In this document: positions 1 to 13,135 of the stretch, in pieces
Layout of the letters: the number at the start of each line of letters is the position of its first letter
Numbering within the stretch: the first letter of the stretch is position 1
Source of the DNA: Octopus bimaculoides
Lineage: Eukaryota
Assembly (NCBI RefSeq): GCF_001194135.2
Contig: NC_068994.1
Location: 29,110,143-29,174,142, forward strand
Reading direction: 5' to 3'
DNA: 64,000 bases
Program-made: the position numbers and the translations under genes
Notes under the pieces: model-generated
Told to the model about the DNA's origin: nothing
Seen by the model: the letters and a program-made list of their open reading frames with translations, nothing else
Databases searched by the model: none

Positions 1-1329
1 CGTTGTCAGAATAACCACGTATTTATATTAAACGCAAACAGTATCATTGCCTTTTCTATTCTTTCCTGTTTGTGATAAAAACAAATGTGGAAATAATCAT
101 GTTTAATTCGCGACCCGGTATCATCAATTCTTGGCTGAGGCCATTTTATTTCATTCACATCAATAATGTACCTGGGAAAGGCATGAACAGTAAAACATCT
201 CCGTCTTCCTCCTTTACATTTGAAATTGTGACAATGTGATTAATTTCCCCTTATTCTTGTATCCCAAATATGAGCGTGAGTGTATATGAACGTATGTATA
301 TAATTATAAAATTATGTAGAAATGTGTGTGGAAGGGACAAGAGGGGAATTGAGCTGTAAGGATTGTAGTAGTGTTTGCGGTTAATGTTATTAATCAACTT
401 CTATATATAGCTTGGAAGAAATGTTGAATATTAATTCAAAAAAGAAGTACGAGGAGAAAAAAAAAGACAAGGTTTAAAAAACAAAAACAATAAATATTAA
501 CAATAATTTGAAGAAAACAAACTGTTTCTTCGAAGTGTCACAGCTCACACTTCCCTTTCCATCTCACCCTTCCTTATTCTACAACGCAACTCACTCGTGC
601 CTGCATTCACTAGATGCACGGTAATTGGGCACCTGTCACATCATGCACACCCTCCATTCCGCCACCCCGAGTATATGCTGCGTTTTAATGTGTGTGGCTG
701 TATATTTATATACATACATGTGTGTGTGTGTGTGTGCGTGTGTATACAGTCTGGCAACGAAGGGACGAGGTAGGATGAATGAAGTTAAACAAAAGAAGGA
801 GCGGATACTGACAGAGAATGGTAAATAGGTAAATAACTCGGTAAGCAGGTAGTTTCGCAGATAAACAGACAAGCGGATAGCTAGCAAGCTAGCTAGAATA
901 CGGGCGAAGGTAGGTAGAGTTGTATAGACAAATAGCTGGATAGATAGTAGCTATCTTGCTAAATAGGAGGCATAGGTAAAACGAGAGAGAGAGAGAGAGT
1001 AATGAAAGATAAAATGTCAAAGAAACAAAAGAGTGGAGAAAGAGGACGAAGCCATAGTCTGACATTGAAATTGCTAGCTAGGTAGATAAAGAGAGAAAGT
1101 GGTGGAAAGAGAATTACACGAAATGAAAGATTCGGAGAACAGGATGAAGACAATGAAACTGAGAAATGTATAAATGAAAAAATGAATGCTGATATACATT
1201 AAAAATATAAAGGGAACTAGAGAAAATTAAAGAAATAAAGAGAGAGGCAAAGGGAGAGATACAAAGAACTTCTTTCAGACCTACATAACAGCTTTCCAAT
1301 GCTGACACAAACGAACACAAACATGTACA

Positions 1330-1364
<35 letters not shown>

Positions 1365-1567
1365 GTGCGTGTGTATACACGTGTGTGTATGTGTGGTAGA
1401 TACAGACATATGTAAAATTGATATATACATATATAAATTCCACAATGGAATGTACACAATCGTCTTATACAATAGCAATAATTTTATCTCCTACCCTTAA
1501 TAAAGGACCAGACCCCTCATTGTCCGCAATTACTACAAAATATGGGGATCAGTTCAACTTAGCTTAC

Positions 1568-1602
1568 CATTACAATTGGTACCCCCACTTCTAGACCGGC
1601 TG
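1568..1602 (-). CDS. Candidate micro-exon (AAGLEVGVPIVM), phase-compatible with the 2694-2709 exon
   Basis: TAG/CAG tandem acceptor, GTAAGC donor, GC-richer island, open in the phase-1 frame. Confidence 0.2.
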
Positions 1603-2693
1603 CTATATAAACATATCTTAAAGACATTCTAATATATAAATGTATCTAAATAATCTTATAAATGTTTAAAAGACACATACATACATGCTATTTCTATACT
1701 TAATGTATACACTTACTGGATATAGAAACAGAGCTGGTTTAGGAAAATGAAGTTTTTTAAAGAAAATTGCATTGAAAAAAAAAACAAAACAATCCCGACC
1801 AGGACGACTTAATCTTTGCTAAGGAAAATGATGATAATCCTTAAAATCGAAAAAAGAATGTCATTGATGTGATCAGTGGTAATGATGATGACTATGATGG
1901 TGTTAAGAGAGGTTAAAGAAGGGGCAAATAAAGTGAGGGAGAGAGAGAAAGGAAGAAATGGCAATGAAAACGATGTTACCCTATCGTAAATGTAAGAGAA
2001 AAAGAGTGATAGAAGATGAATGAGTAAGAAACGGAGGGAAACAAGAAAGAAAAGAGAGAGAGAGAGAGAGAGAGAGATACGGGAAGAAGGACAAAAAAAG
2101 AGAAAAGGAAAGAGTATGAAATTATAAGTGGGAGAATGAGATTAAAAATGAAGATGAGAGAGAAATAAAGAAGGAGGATTAATCTAGAGCGGGGGGGGGG
2201 AGAAAGGAAAAGAATGCAGATGAATTTGAATGGAGCAGAAGAGACGAAGGTGGGGAGTGATGAATGACAGTGAGGCAGACTAAAGAAAAAACAGTGGAAA
2301 GAGAAATGTGCATACTCTCTCTCCTTCCTTTCCCGAGCGTCCAATAACACTATCCGTATCACGTCCTCACTTTGTTGTTTTTTTGTTATTGTTATTTTGT
2401 GTTTTTTTGAACTTATATATATATATATATATATGCAGAGAGAGACAGAGAGAGAGTAAAGAGAAAAAGAGAGACAGAGGAAAGGCAAGAGTGAGGGTGG
2501 ATAAAGAAAGGAGGGTGTGTAAAGATACAAATATATATGTAAAGAGAGAAAGAGAGAGGGGGCAGAGAGAGAGAGAGAGGTGAAAATCGAGTGAAAAAAG
2601 AGAGGACAGAACAGAGAGAGAGGAAGGGAGAGAGACAGAGAAAGTGAACAGAAAGAAAGATTAAGACAGAATGAGAGAGAGTGGGTTGCTTAC

Positions 2694-2709
2694 CTTGCCA
2701 TTTATTCAT
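2694..2709 (-). CDS. Candidate first coding exon (MNKWQ-) of an unidentified minus-strand gene
   Basis: ATG AAT AAA TGG CAA G followed by a GTAAGC donor inside a non-repetitive island; no homology recognised. Confidence 0.22.
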
Positions 2710-3577
2710 GAGCAAGTCCCAGGATCACAGCCAGGTTATTTTGTCATGTTCATGCCAAACCAAAGGATGCTTTTAAAAAGATGTGTTGCTGTGAAACTAG
2801 GGGGAGACAATGCTGTGTCCGGATATTTCATCCATTGGCTTCTAGAATTCATTAAAATTGCAAATTACGGCTTTTCATTTCATTTTCTCCGTCAAAAATC
2901 CTTAAAACAGTAACGAAAGAATTGTTTTTGTTTTGCTTTCTCGTGGTGAGCGGGTTGATTATATATATATAAAAGAAGCAAACTAGTTAACTAAATAGAT
3001 TAGAAAACGAAACGAAATTAAAAGAATCAATGAATAAGTAAATGAATAAACGAACGAAAAATCCTGTTAGGCACATAAAGGGTGGCAGCAATGTTGTTTT
3101 ATGGTGGTGGCAGCGGTAAAGGTAGCTAGCATCGACTGTAATGATAAAAGTGGTGGTGGCGGCGGTGGTGATGGTGGTGGTTGTTGTGGGTCGTCATTGT
3201 GGTAGTAGTGGGCTCGATGGCCATGGAAAACCGAGAGGCGGCGTCACCAATGCAGTAGGGTAGAATAAGGGTATCGGGTAGAGTGTAGTTGGAGTGTTGA
3301 CTGGAAAGATATTGGAAGAAACGGGTATTATCCAGAGAGGGAGAGAGAGAGAGATAGAGAGATAAAGTCATCGAGAGGGGAGAGGAGAAAAGGAAAGAAA
3401 GAAAAACAGAAGGCGAAGTGTCTCATCTGTCACTGGATCCAGTCTAACGTAGTTATTCATCGCATGTGGCCGAGAATGTTGTTATATACACAATCATACA
3501 TACATTTTCATATGTACACACTCATGCCTACTTGCCAGCCTTTGTATACAGCCAGTTACTAGCTAGCTAGGTCGCTG

Positions 3578-3616
<39 letters not shown>

Positions 3617-4229
3617 ATGAAGAAAGAGAGAAAGCGAATGAAAAAAAGAAACGGTAGATCCCTAAAGGGAAAGGACAATAGATAAAAACAAAGAGAAGAA
3701 TGTATGATAACCCAGATTTTTTGCTTTTTGTAAATATTTCCTGTGAGTGAGTGAGTGAAAGAGAGAGAGAGAGATGTGTGTACCCGTAGCTTAGTATGAC
3801 CCATACAATCTAGTATTGCTATTCCATTTGAGGGTCAACATAACCTTTCAGCTTCCTACGGGCAACATTAATATATTGTTAACATTAATATATTAACCTT
3901 AATATACACCACACACTAACTAATAACTACAAGGAGTCTTTAAGCACGTTTATATTTTAGTTCAGTTAGATATTGGTCTGGAATTTTTCATCTTCTGCTT
4001 CTGTTCCCAGAGCCAAACATGTAACATCAGTTTTTCCCAGGCTGTTTAAATATAATCCGTATAACTCGGTAGTTGTATAGCCTTAAGCCGACCACTAATT
4101 GGGTTATGTTGATGTGCTAGTTCATAGACTTACAAATCCTTAGATGAAGAGAACTTGACTGAACTTTTTCATGATGTTAGTGTTGACGTTTGGCCAAAAC
4201 AAAAATTTGTAACATTTGTACAAAAATCA

Positions 4230-4400
4230 AGACCATTACATATCTTCTCTTCAGCCGCAATCGAGGCACCGTTCACCAAACCGCGCCAAGAATCGTTGTC
4301 CTTCATTAATTTTGTTAGATCCTCAGTTTCGTTGCGTGTCTCTGGGAATAGCATCAATGTAAGTTGAATGTATTTTTAGATGAATAGGTTATATTCCATC
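4230..4400 (-). mobile_element. RTE-type LINE 3' fragment
   Basis: Frameshifted translation TYIDAIPRDT / EDLTKLMKDNDSWRGLV resembles the RTE ORF C-terminus (TYID-x-L-x-DT...M-x-DR-x-x-WR). Confidence 0.6.
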
Positions 4401-4956
4401 TAATATGATTCTACTCAGAAGGCTGTAATATCATTTGACAGGAGCACGGTATAAAGAAATACATGGAACAAGGTGGTAACTTCAAATGCCTTTAATGTGG
4501 CCACACGTATATATACAAGCTGGATGATAAATAGAAATGGTTTGATGCGTGGAAATCATGGTCTTCTCCTGTGCGTTGCTTCCTATCTGCTCGCTGGCGT
4601 ATGGTGTGAGAGAGAGACTAGATCACGTCTTTACTGTCCGACGTCTTGGCGAGAAAGGAGGAAGAGATGAGTCTCTGGACCTTAATGTTGCGTAATACCC
4701 TTTATTGTTCAACTAATTAGGCAGCCGCCGTCAGGAAAGGTAACTGCGCCTACATATTCATGTCTTCTATTAGGATGCTGATGTCTTCAAAACAAAAGAG
4801 CTGATATTCATCACGACAGCAGTAGCCATCAAAGCTTACCTTGCTTTGAGGAACAATGATAGAAATGACTGGAATGTGTCCATAAATCTTCCTTTTAATT
4901 TTATACTCTAAATTAAATATATTTTGAGCCACCATGAAAGAAACTTAATTTATGTA

Positions 4957-5365
4957 GGCGCAGGAGTGGCTGTGTGGTAAGTAGCTTGCTTACCAACCAC
5001 ATGGTTCTGGGCTCATTCCCACTGCGTGACACTTTGGGAAAGTGTCTTCTACTATAGTCTCGGGCCGACCAAAGCCTTGTGAGTGGATTTGGTAGACGGA
5101 AAACTGAAAGAAGCCCGTCGTATATATGTATATATAGATGTGTGTGTGTATATGTTTGTGTGTCTGTGTTTGTCCCCCCAACATCGCTTGACAACCGATG
5201 GTGGTGTTATTACGTCCCCGTAACTTAGCGGTTCGGCAAAAGAGACCGATAGAATAAATACTAGGCTTCCAAAGAATAAGTCCTGGGGTCGATTTGTTCG
5301 ACTAAAGGCGGTGCTCCAGTATGGCCACAGTCAAATGACAGAAACAAGTAAAAGAGTAAAGAGTA
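4957..5365 (+). mobile_element. tRNA-derived SINE family A, full length
   Basis: A-box-like TGGCTGTGTGG, B-box-like segment, internal (TA)/(TG) tract, AAAAGAGT tail, TATGTA at both flanks (4951-4956, 5364-5369); many copies in the window. Confidence 0.9.
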
Positions 5366-5579
5366 TGTACCAGCAAAATGATCTCGAAGCTCTTTCCAGG
5401 TTTTGACTCAATAGCTGCAGCTCGTAAGTGCAGTTTCAGCTGAACATCTCTCAAGGTAAACAGGCTAACGTCACCACCATTGCCCCATATCTTAGATGTC
5501 TTCGTACAAACACCACTCTTTCCACAGTGTATCCCTTGATTGGCAGACTCATTAGTATGTAGGACAAAATGACTCAGTA

Positions 5580-6570
5580 TTTAGTTATGACTCTTTTCGA
5601 TCTGAGTTTAAATCCTTCTGGTGTTAACTTTGTCTTTCGTCCTCCCAGGGTCGATAAAATAAAGTATCAGTCAAATACTTGGAACGATTTAATATCGGTT
5701 TCAAATTTTGGCACAAGGCTAGCAATTTTAGGGGAGAGTATTTAACCGGTGTTCAACCAGTACTTATTTTATCGACACTGAAAGGATGAAAGGCAAAGTC
5801 GACTTCGGCAGAATTTGAACTTAGCCCGTCAATGAAATGCCGCTAAGCATTTTGCCAGGCATGCTAACCATTCTGCCAGCTCGCCTCCTTTAGGATTGAT
5901 TTTATATTAGTTTCAAATTTTGGCACAATTTTGGAGGAGGGTGCTACTTCGATCCCCAGTGTTCAACTGGTTCTTAATTTACCGACCTCTGAAAGGATGA
6001 AAGGTAAAGTCGACCGCGACGGAATTTGAACCCAGAACCTAAAGAAAGACGAAATGCTACTAAGCATTTTGCCCGGCGTGCTAACGATTCTACCAGCTTG
6101 CCACCTTTAGGATTAATTTAATATTAACATAAAGTCCAAGGCGGCGAACTGGCAAAATCGTTAGCACGCTGGGCAAACGCTTTACATTCTGAATTCAAAT
6201 TCCGTCGGGATCGACTTTGCCTTTCATCCTTTCGGAGTCGATAAAATCGACTTATCCCTATCCAAAATTGCTGGCTTTGTGCCAAAATTTGAAATTAATA
6301 TTAATATAAAGTACCTAGTGGGTTAGAGTGGGTTAGAGTGGGTAAATTGATATGGTTGATGTTCTTGAAACTTGTCTTTGCTAGCAGTTTCATGCCATTA
6401 TGGATATCTTATCTTTTTGTATCTTTAAGGCAGCGAACTGGCAGAATTGTTAGATCGTCGGTGGAAATGCCTTGCTGTATTTGATCCGGCTCTCTACGCT
6501 GTAAGTGCAAATTCTGCTGACGTTAACGTCTTTGTCTTTCATCCTTTCGGGGTCGATCAATAATTATCAG
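5580..6570. mobile_element. Cluster of about 5 SINE family B copies (Meta-domain-like core)
   Basis: Repeated GGCGAGCTGGCAGAA head, CCTTTCATCCTTTCGGGGTCGAT core and GTGCCAAAATTTGAAAC tail. Copies at ~5580(+), ~5697(-), ~5905(-), ~6139(+), ~6427(+). Confidence 0.85.
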
Positions 6571-8860
6571 TCCGGGATGGTGGATTGACAGAATTTACAG
6601 AGTTTAGGTTAAGATTCGTTGCAATATCTATTCTTACTTATTGTGTTATGAGATGTATTCTGATTGTTATTACTTGAATTCTATCTGTTTAATGGGGTTG
6701 TTACAACATGGACAGTAGTGCCGTTACTAATAACTAACAGAGGCTGTGGTTTTAATCTTATAAAAACTACTATAGTAACGTGCCTCTCATTGCCTTATGA
6801 CCCTTTAAAAAATGCTGTGAACTTATATGTTTCCCATTGCGGTAAGAACTATTTCAACACCATTTTAACACATGTCACATGAGTACCAAAAAAAAAACTC
6901 TTTTATGTTTTTTTTTTCCCACGTCAGTCAAACATCACAACTGCTGCACTCAAAATAACTACTGATTCTCTTTAATGATGATGGTAAATTAGCAATTCGA
7001 ACTTTTGGAATACTTACAAAAATTCCAGTTTGTGTATGTTTGTGCGCGCGCGCGAGTGCATGTGGGCGTGTGTGTACATATATGTATGGGTGGGTGGACG
7101 TGGGTGTGTGTCTACATACTTACATACATACATACGTAGTTTTAACACTGCTTGTTACAAGCAAAGCAAACCATGAACATAGAAAACTCGTCGTTAACCA
7201 TTGGAATAATTAACACGTTTTAGTGAATTAAAATAGCCATCTGTGTATCATACTTAATACATTTATCCTGTCGATTGGTCAGTTATTGCGGTATTTGTTC
7301 TGCAATAACATCTCTTGTAGATATGCTCTGTTAAAATCAATAAATATCAGAGGGAGATGAGAATCCCAGATGCACTTCGTTCCTTTTTGTACCTTTCCCA
7401 TGAGGCACACTCGCAGCCAGTCACATGTTCGAACGAAAATTCGTCGCCTCTGATATAGGAAAAAAAAATCATTGAAGTTGTACGTTGTTGTCTACAGATT
7501 CCTGTTGAAGGATGTTGACAGAAATTCATTCTGTTGGGAGATCTTCAATCTGCAATGCAAATGCTGTCTCAGCTTCCACTGTATACTTATCTTTGTGTCA
7601 ATCAAGAGAAAATAAGAGAAACCAAGGAAGTAGGAAGTATTGCTTGTGTGGAGATGTGTAGTATCTTTTATAAATAATAAAGTATTTTAGACTTAGATTT
7701 ATGGCTTATAAATATATTTTTTATAGTAGTTGGACAGTATACTCAATACATTATGGTGTGATTTAACTTTCTTACAGTAGCATTTAATTGTTTTTGAGTA
7801 GATTTTATTGAAATAATCAATCGGATATACATTGTCCTTCCTATAAGATGTTTAGACGTATGAAAAATAACTTAATTCAAAATTTGGAAATCTAAAAACT
7901 TAAATTTAAAATTTAAAAAGGTTTACGTGGGTGGATATTCGAATGCTAGTATTTAGCATGAATTTTGTTAAATATAAACTGCTTGAGAATTTAAACGTTT
8001 GAAAAATTTGAATAATTTTCTAATCGGTACATTATGTCATATTCTCATGTGTTTTCATGATTATGTGATTATTTGTAGGAAAATTTAAAAGAGGTTGAAA
8101 GAGTGGAATTAAAGCAATGGCAAAGGAAAAATTAATACATAAGTGGAAAATAAAACAAAATATCTTATCTGTTGGGGCGAACGATACGTGTAAAGGGTTT
8201 TAAAGTTTTGCATATTTTTTTGAATTCATGTAAAGATTCTTTCTAAGCGTTTATTTATGAGTGGTTTCATGGCGATTGAAATTTTATGAAGTTCAGCTGT
8301 GCACAGATTACATAGTTTCCTAATAACATTACAAGACTTTGTACACAAAATAATTTTACATTTCAGTTTGAATTAGATATTCTTGTTTTTCATTTGTCAT
8401 ATAAATTATGAAAGGGTGGTAACTTTATTGCACTTTGTATTTCTAAAAGTATGTACTTTGAGACTGTATCGAGAATTGAAGAGGTTACTTCTGAGACTAA
8501 TGTAAACATTTACAAAATTTTTGTATGTAACTTCACTTTGATAAATAATATGATTTTCGATGCACCTTGACTCCAATAGACAGTTGCTAGTAATCTTGCT
8601 CTGGTAGTTCTGGTTATTTAATTTTATTTTTTTTCGTTGAATTTGCATAAGTTGGAAGAGGAATGTATGTGTACAGAGTCAAGAGTGGCTCGAGTATGGT
8701 AAACTTACTGTGTTTATATTAAAGAGATTATTACACATTTGTAGTGGACTGAAAAGTTTAATCAAAGCTTTAAACAAAAACCTAATTATTAGTGGTGGTA
8801 TACGAAATTAGACAAAAGTCTAAAACCTTATTGTCTCAAGTTTCCTGTATTTACTATAGT

Positions 8861-10096
8861 TACGAAGGTTCATAGGCTGTCAATGAAAGAATGATACTAG
8901 ATCTGTGAAACCTTGCATGCACTAATTTCGACTCTTTTCTTTCCTGGTTAACTGACATCTGGGTGTTCAAAGAAGACTTCAAAAATAACTGTTTGTAACT
9001 TCTCTTGAAAATGGACAAAATTTGGCATCATCGTGTAATCAAGTATCTGCAGAAAAAGAGTTTAATCCCCAAGGACATTCATGCTAACATGCTACATTAG
9101 GGGAATGATGCTTCAGCTTTACCAACAGTTCAAAAGTGGGCAGCTGAATTTAGGAGGGGAAGAGAGAGTCTTGAAGATGATCCAACGTCTGGAGGCCCTG
9201 CAACTTCCACCATCGAGGAAAACATTGATCGTGTTCACCACATGGTAATGGACGACATGCGATTGACTATAAATCAAATAGCTAATGCTATTAGCATATC
9301 CCATTGAGAAAGTTGTGAATATTCTGCATAATGAACTTGACATGACGAAAGCTCCTGCTCGGTGGGTGCCACGTCTTCTGACACTTGATCAAAAGCGCAC
9401 CAGGCTGATCACCTCACGGGAAACTCTGGCATTGTTTGAGGCAGATCCGGTCGGTTTCCTTGAACGTTTTCTAACCCAAGATGAGTGTCGGCCTCATCAC
9501 TTCGAGCCCAAGACAAAGAGACAATCCATGTAGTGGAAACACCCCTCTTCACCTACTCCAAAGAAGGTCAAAGTTTATTTTTATTTGCAGGGAAGGTGAT
9601 GGCCTTAGTTTTGGGGGATGCAAAAGGCATTGTGCTTATTGACTACCTTTAAAAGTGCCACACCATCAATGAAGAGTATTATGCCAACTTGCTGAGGCAG
9701 TTACGAAAGGATATCAGGACCAAACGTCGAGGAAAACTGGCGAAAGGGGTCTTGTTTCATTAAAACAATACTTCAGAATTCAAATCCTTGGTTTCAATGG
9801 GTGCTGTGCAAGACTGTGGCTTTGAACTAGTTGATCAGCCTCCCTATTTCCCTGATTTGGTCCCATCTGACTATCATCTGTTCCCCAGCATGAAAAAATA
9901 CTTGGTTGATATCGCAATGATGATGATGTCATATCTACTATTGATAACTTTATTGATCAACAGAATGAAAGCTTTTTCACCAATGGGATTCAAGCACTAC
10001 AATACCAATGGAAGAATTATGTGGACTGCAAGGAGACTATGTTGAAAACTAAACCTCATTTGGTCACATTCCATGAGAGTTCAGCCGACCCTCGAA
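8861..10096 (+). mobile_element. Degenerate near-full-length mariner (DD34D) transposon
   Basis: ATG at 9011. Motifs WVPRLLT, QDE, LFH(*)N and PPYFPDLVPSDYHLF; several stops and frameshifts; degenerate TIR-like ends TACGAAGG / CCCTCGAA. Confidence 0.9.
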
Positions 10097-10578
10097 GGTG
10101 TCTATTGGTTACCTCGGTCTTACCAATTTTTCTACTGTAACCAGGTTTTAAAGACAGCTTCATTGAATATGCTGTGGTGTCATTAAATATTTGCTCATAA
10201 ACCGATAGATATGACAATCGGAGAAGTGTTTTGTTTTTCTTAGTTTTTCACAATATTGTTAATGATATTTTTGAGGTGGTTTGATAGACGATGAAATGTA
10301 AGTGCAAGAGCGATTGGCTTGCGGTTAGTGTTGTATTGAGAATCAGTTAGATTTAGTGTCATATTTAGGAAATCTGAAACTATGACGTTATGATTTCTAC
10401 TTGCGGTTGCCATTTTTAGCACCAGCCACTTTACAGAGGAAATTTGGTTTACAGAAATTCGAGGAAGACTTTCATGCACGCACACATACGGACTCAGTGT
10501 CTGGTATTCCTTTCTTTCTTTCTTTCTTTCTTTCTTTCATTCTTTCTTTCAAAGCGAGTTTCAAAGCGTGATGCTACC

Positions 10579-10620
<42 letters not shown>

Positions 10621-10622
<2 letters not shown>

Positions 10623-11517
10623 GAGGCATACCTCACCCTACGTCGTTAATTGGTTCCAGGAGATACGACTTAAGTCGAATTAACTTGTCTCTAGGATAGG
10701 CTATGCAGAATTTATTTGTCTCTAGGCTAAACCGATAATAACCATTCCTAGTTTTGTACTTTATTTATGAATGCATTTCATTTTCAATAATACATGGTTA
10801 ATAAAAACCTATTTTGCGCTTACAAACAAATAATTATTTCTTGTTGATAACAGTGTTCTTCATCTCTGGGGCTTCAGATTTGATATGTGCTAAATCTTGT
10901 CCTTATTATGTACATTCGTCAATGCAGTTGTCCGACTCATCCCCAAAGATTGTACAATTGCTACCATTTTTTCACCTTTTTCATGACATTTTATCATACC
11001 CAGTTTATCTTCCAGCTTTATAACATGACACTTAGCACTTTCACTATGAATTTTCTTAGGCGCCATAGGGACAAAAAATAAAGTAACAAATGAATGAGAA
11101 TGAGAAAGCAGCCGATAAACAGTCATCAACAAATCTGAATTTAAATCAATCGTGGGAATCACGAGTGACAACGACGCCTAACGGTAGATATTGAAACTAC
11201 AGTGCAATATGAGCTCCGAAAGACCGTTAAATGAGACAACAGCTGATTTCATGATTTCGTTCACTAAGCTACACTACTTTATGGTGTGTATCTTAACATT
11301 TACTGTACGTATTTTAATATGCTTTTCTTCTTATTCATTGTACAATAACATGATTTTATGTGCTTTTAACGGTTTTCTAGTGATTTTACGATTCCAATAT
11401 TTGTGGTGGACAGACGCAAAGTCGATAAAAATTACTTAACTTGATTTTTATTTTTCCATATATTATTTTTGAAAACCGATGTATAATCGAGAACGACTTA
11501 AGCCGAGGTATGCCTTG
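10621..11517 (-). mobile_element. Tigger/pogo internal-deletion derivative
   Basis: TIRs CAGAGGCATACCTC...TACGTCG and CGACTTAAGCCGAGGTATGCCTTG. Minus-strand MAPKK...KLEDKLGMIKCHEKGEKMVAIVQSLGMSRTT...NKDKI is a CENP-B/psq-type HTH. Confidence 0.8.
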
Positions 11518-11647
11518 CAAAGATAATCTGGAACTCGACTGAGGATAGAAAACTCTGAATGACCCGTCCTTGTTTTCTTTGTATCGTCTGTCTGGATGTT
11601 TTGCGTTCTTGTCCCATTTTTGTATTTTATATATATATATAAACATA

Positions 11648-11780
11648 CAGAGGTGGGCACCGTTAATCGAAAAGTTAACTTTGTTAATCATTAATCTATC
11701 AACCAAATAGTTAACTTCGTTATTCGTTAATCCGTTAACTCTTTGAAAATGTAACCGAAGAAAGATAACTTTTATTGAAA
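11648..11780 (+). mobile_element. Possible hAT-like element end with GTTAAC/GTTAAT subterminal repeats
   Basis: CAGAGGTGGGCA start followed by clustered TAAC motifs; the partner end was not found. Confidence 0.35.
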
Positions 11781-12994
11781 AAAGCACAACTACAATTTAG
11801 TACCCCACCGATTTTGTTGCTTCATAACTTTCAGAAAAAATGTATACTTTTTAACGAAACTTTCACCGAATAATCGCTTATCTCCTGTAGATTGAGTGTA
11901 ATGTAAAGGTTTTTTTTGAAAAAAATTTTCTGAGGTGTTGAAGAGAGGAGTTTCGGAAAATTCACAGGACCCGACATTTTCCTCTTCATAACTTCCTGGA
12001 AAATAGGCATTTTTAATGAAATTTTATACAAATACCTTTCAAATGGTGTAGATTAAGATTACAAAGAAATTTGTTGGCAACATTTTTGGAATTTTAATGA
12101 TTTCAGAGGAAAATGTGTGATTTAAGGGAGATCTGGTTATTGTTTTTAGCACATCCCCAAACCTCTCTCTTCGTTTCTTTCTCACTCATGCATCTGTTGA
12201 TATTTTTCAATATTTTTCTCCCCATAAATAAATTTTATGGAGTGATGATGTCAAAGTAACACACGTATAGTCCCAACCAAGCGAGGCCATGTTATGTGTG
12301 TGTGTAAGAGAAAAAACCCCTAAAAACATCTTTAGTGTTCATATTAATCTGTCAAATGTAATGTTTATTTGTTCATGTTATTTTGAGTTATTCAGGTTCA
12401 AGAGGGGTGTCCACAATATTTGCTTGTAATTTTGTACGTCTTTTACATACAGATTTGAAATTTTGTCAGTGGGTGTTTTATATACCACTGGTTTATAGTT
12501 ATGTAATTTTAGCTGATCTTGCTGAGCAGATTTGACTTTTATGGCAGGTAAATTTAATCAATAGGTGTTAAATCAATAACATTATGGATAAACACTAAAA
12601 TTGAAATTCTTAATGCATCTTACCTGTTTGATTTGTTACTAAAATTATTCCAGATGGCAACCGACAAAAATTTTGCCACTTTTCAAGATGAGGTACATTA
12701 ACTTGAATTAATTAAAATACAGGTATAATCGGTACAAGATTTTATTCTTTTGGTAAATATTTCGTACCTCGGTGTGGAATAATTTTTTCTACTGATTTTT
12801 TTTANNNNNNNNNNNNNNNNNNNNNNNNNNNNNNNNNNNNNNNNNNNNNNNNNNNNNNNNNNNNNNNNNNNNNCCGCCGCAAGCTACTTTTTCCGGAAAA
12901 GAATGGTAGGAGGGTGTGGTAGTGACCTCGAAGTTTCCCACCAAGAGAATGCTGTTTCGTGGGTCTTTTTTCCTTTTCCTTGTTATTTTGCAAG

Positions 12995-13135
12995 CTTGTT
13001 TCAGTCATTTGACTGCAACCATGCTGGAGCACCGTCTTGAAGGGTTTTAGTCGAATAAATCGAATCCATGACTTTTTTTTTAAAGCCTGGTACTTATTCT
13101 ATCAGTTACTTTTTGCCGAACGGCTAAGCTACGGA
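12995..13135 (-). mobile_element. SINE family A, 3' fragment
   Basis: Reverse match to 5215-5350. Confidence 0.75.

Noticed and set aside
6318-6346. AGTGGGTTAG-A tandem units or CRISPR-like repeats
   Set aside because: About 2.5 copies with no spacers in a eukaryotic context; a simple slippage repeat.
7330-7560. HLPLIFIDFNRAY, an RT-like motif on the minus strand
   Set aside because: A single weak motif with no convincing flanking RT motifs.
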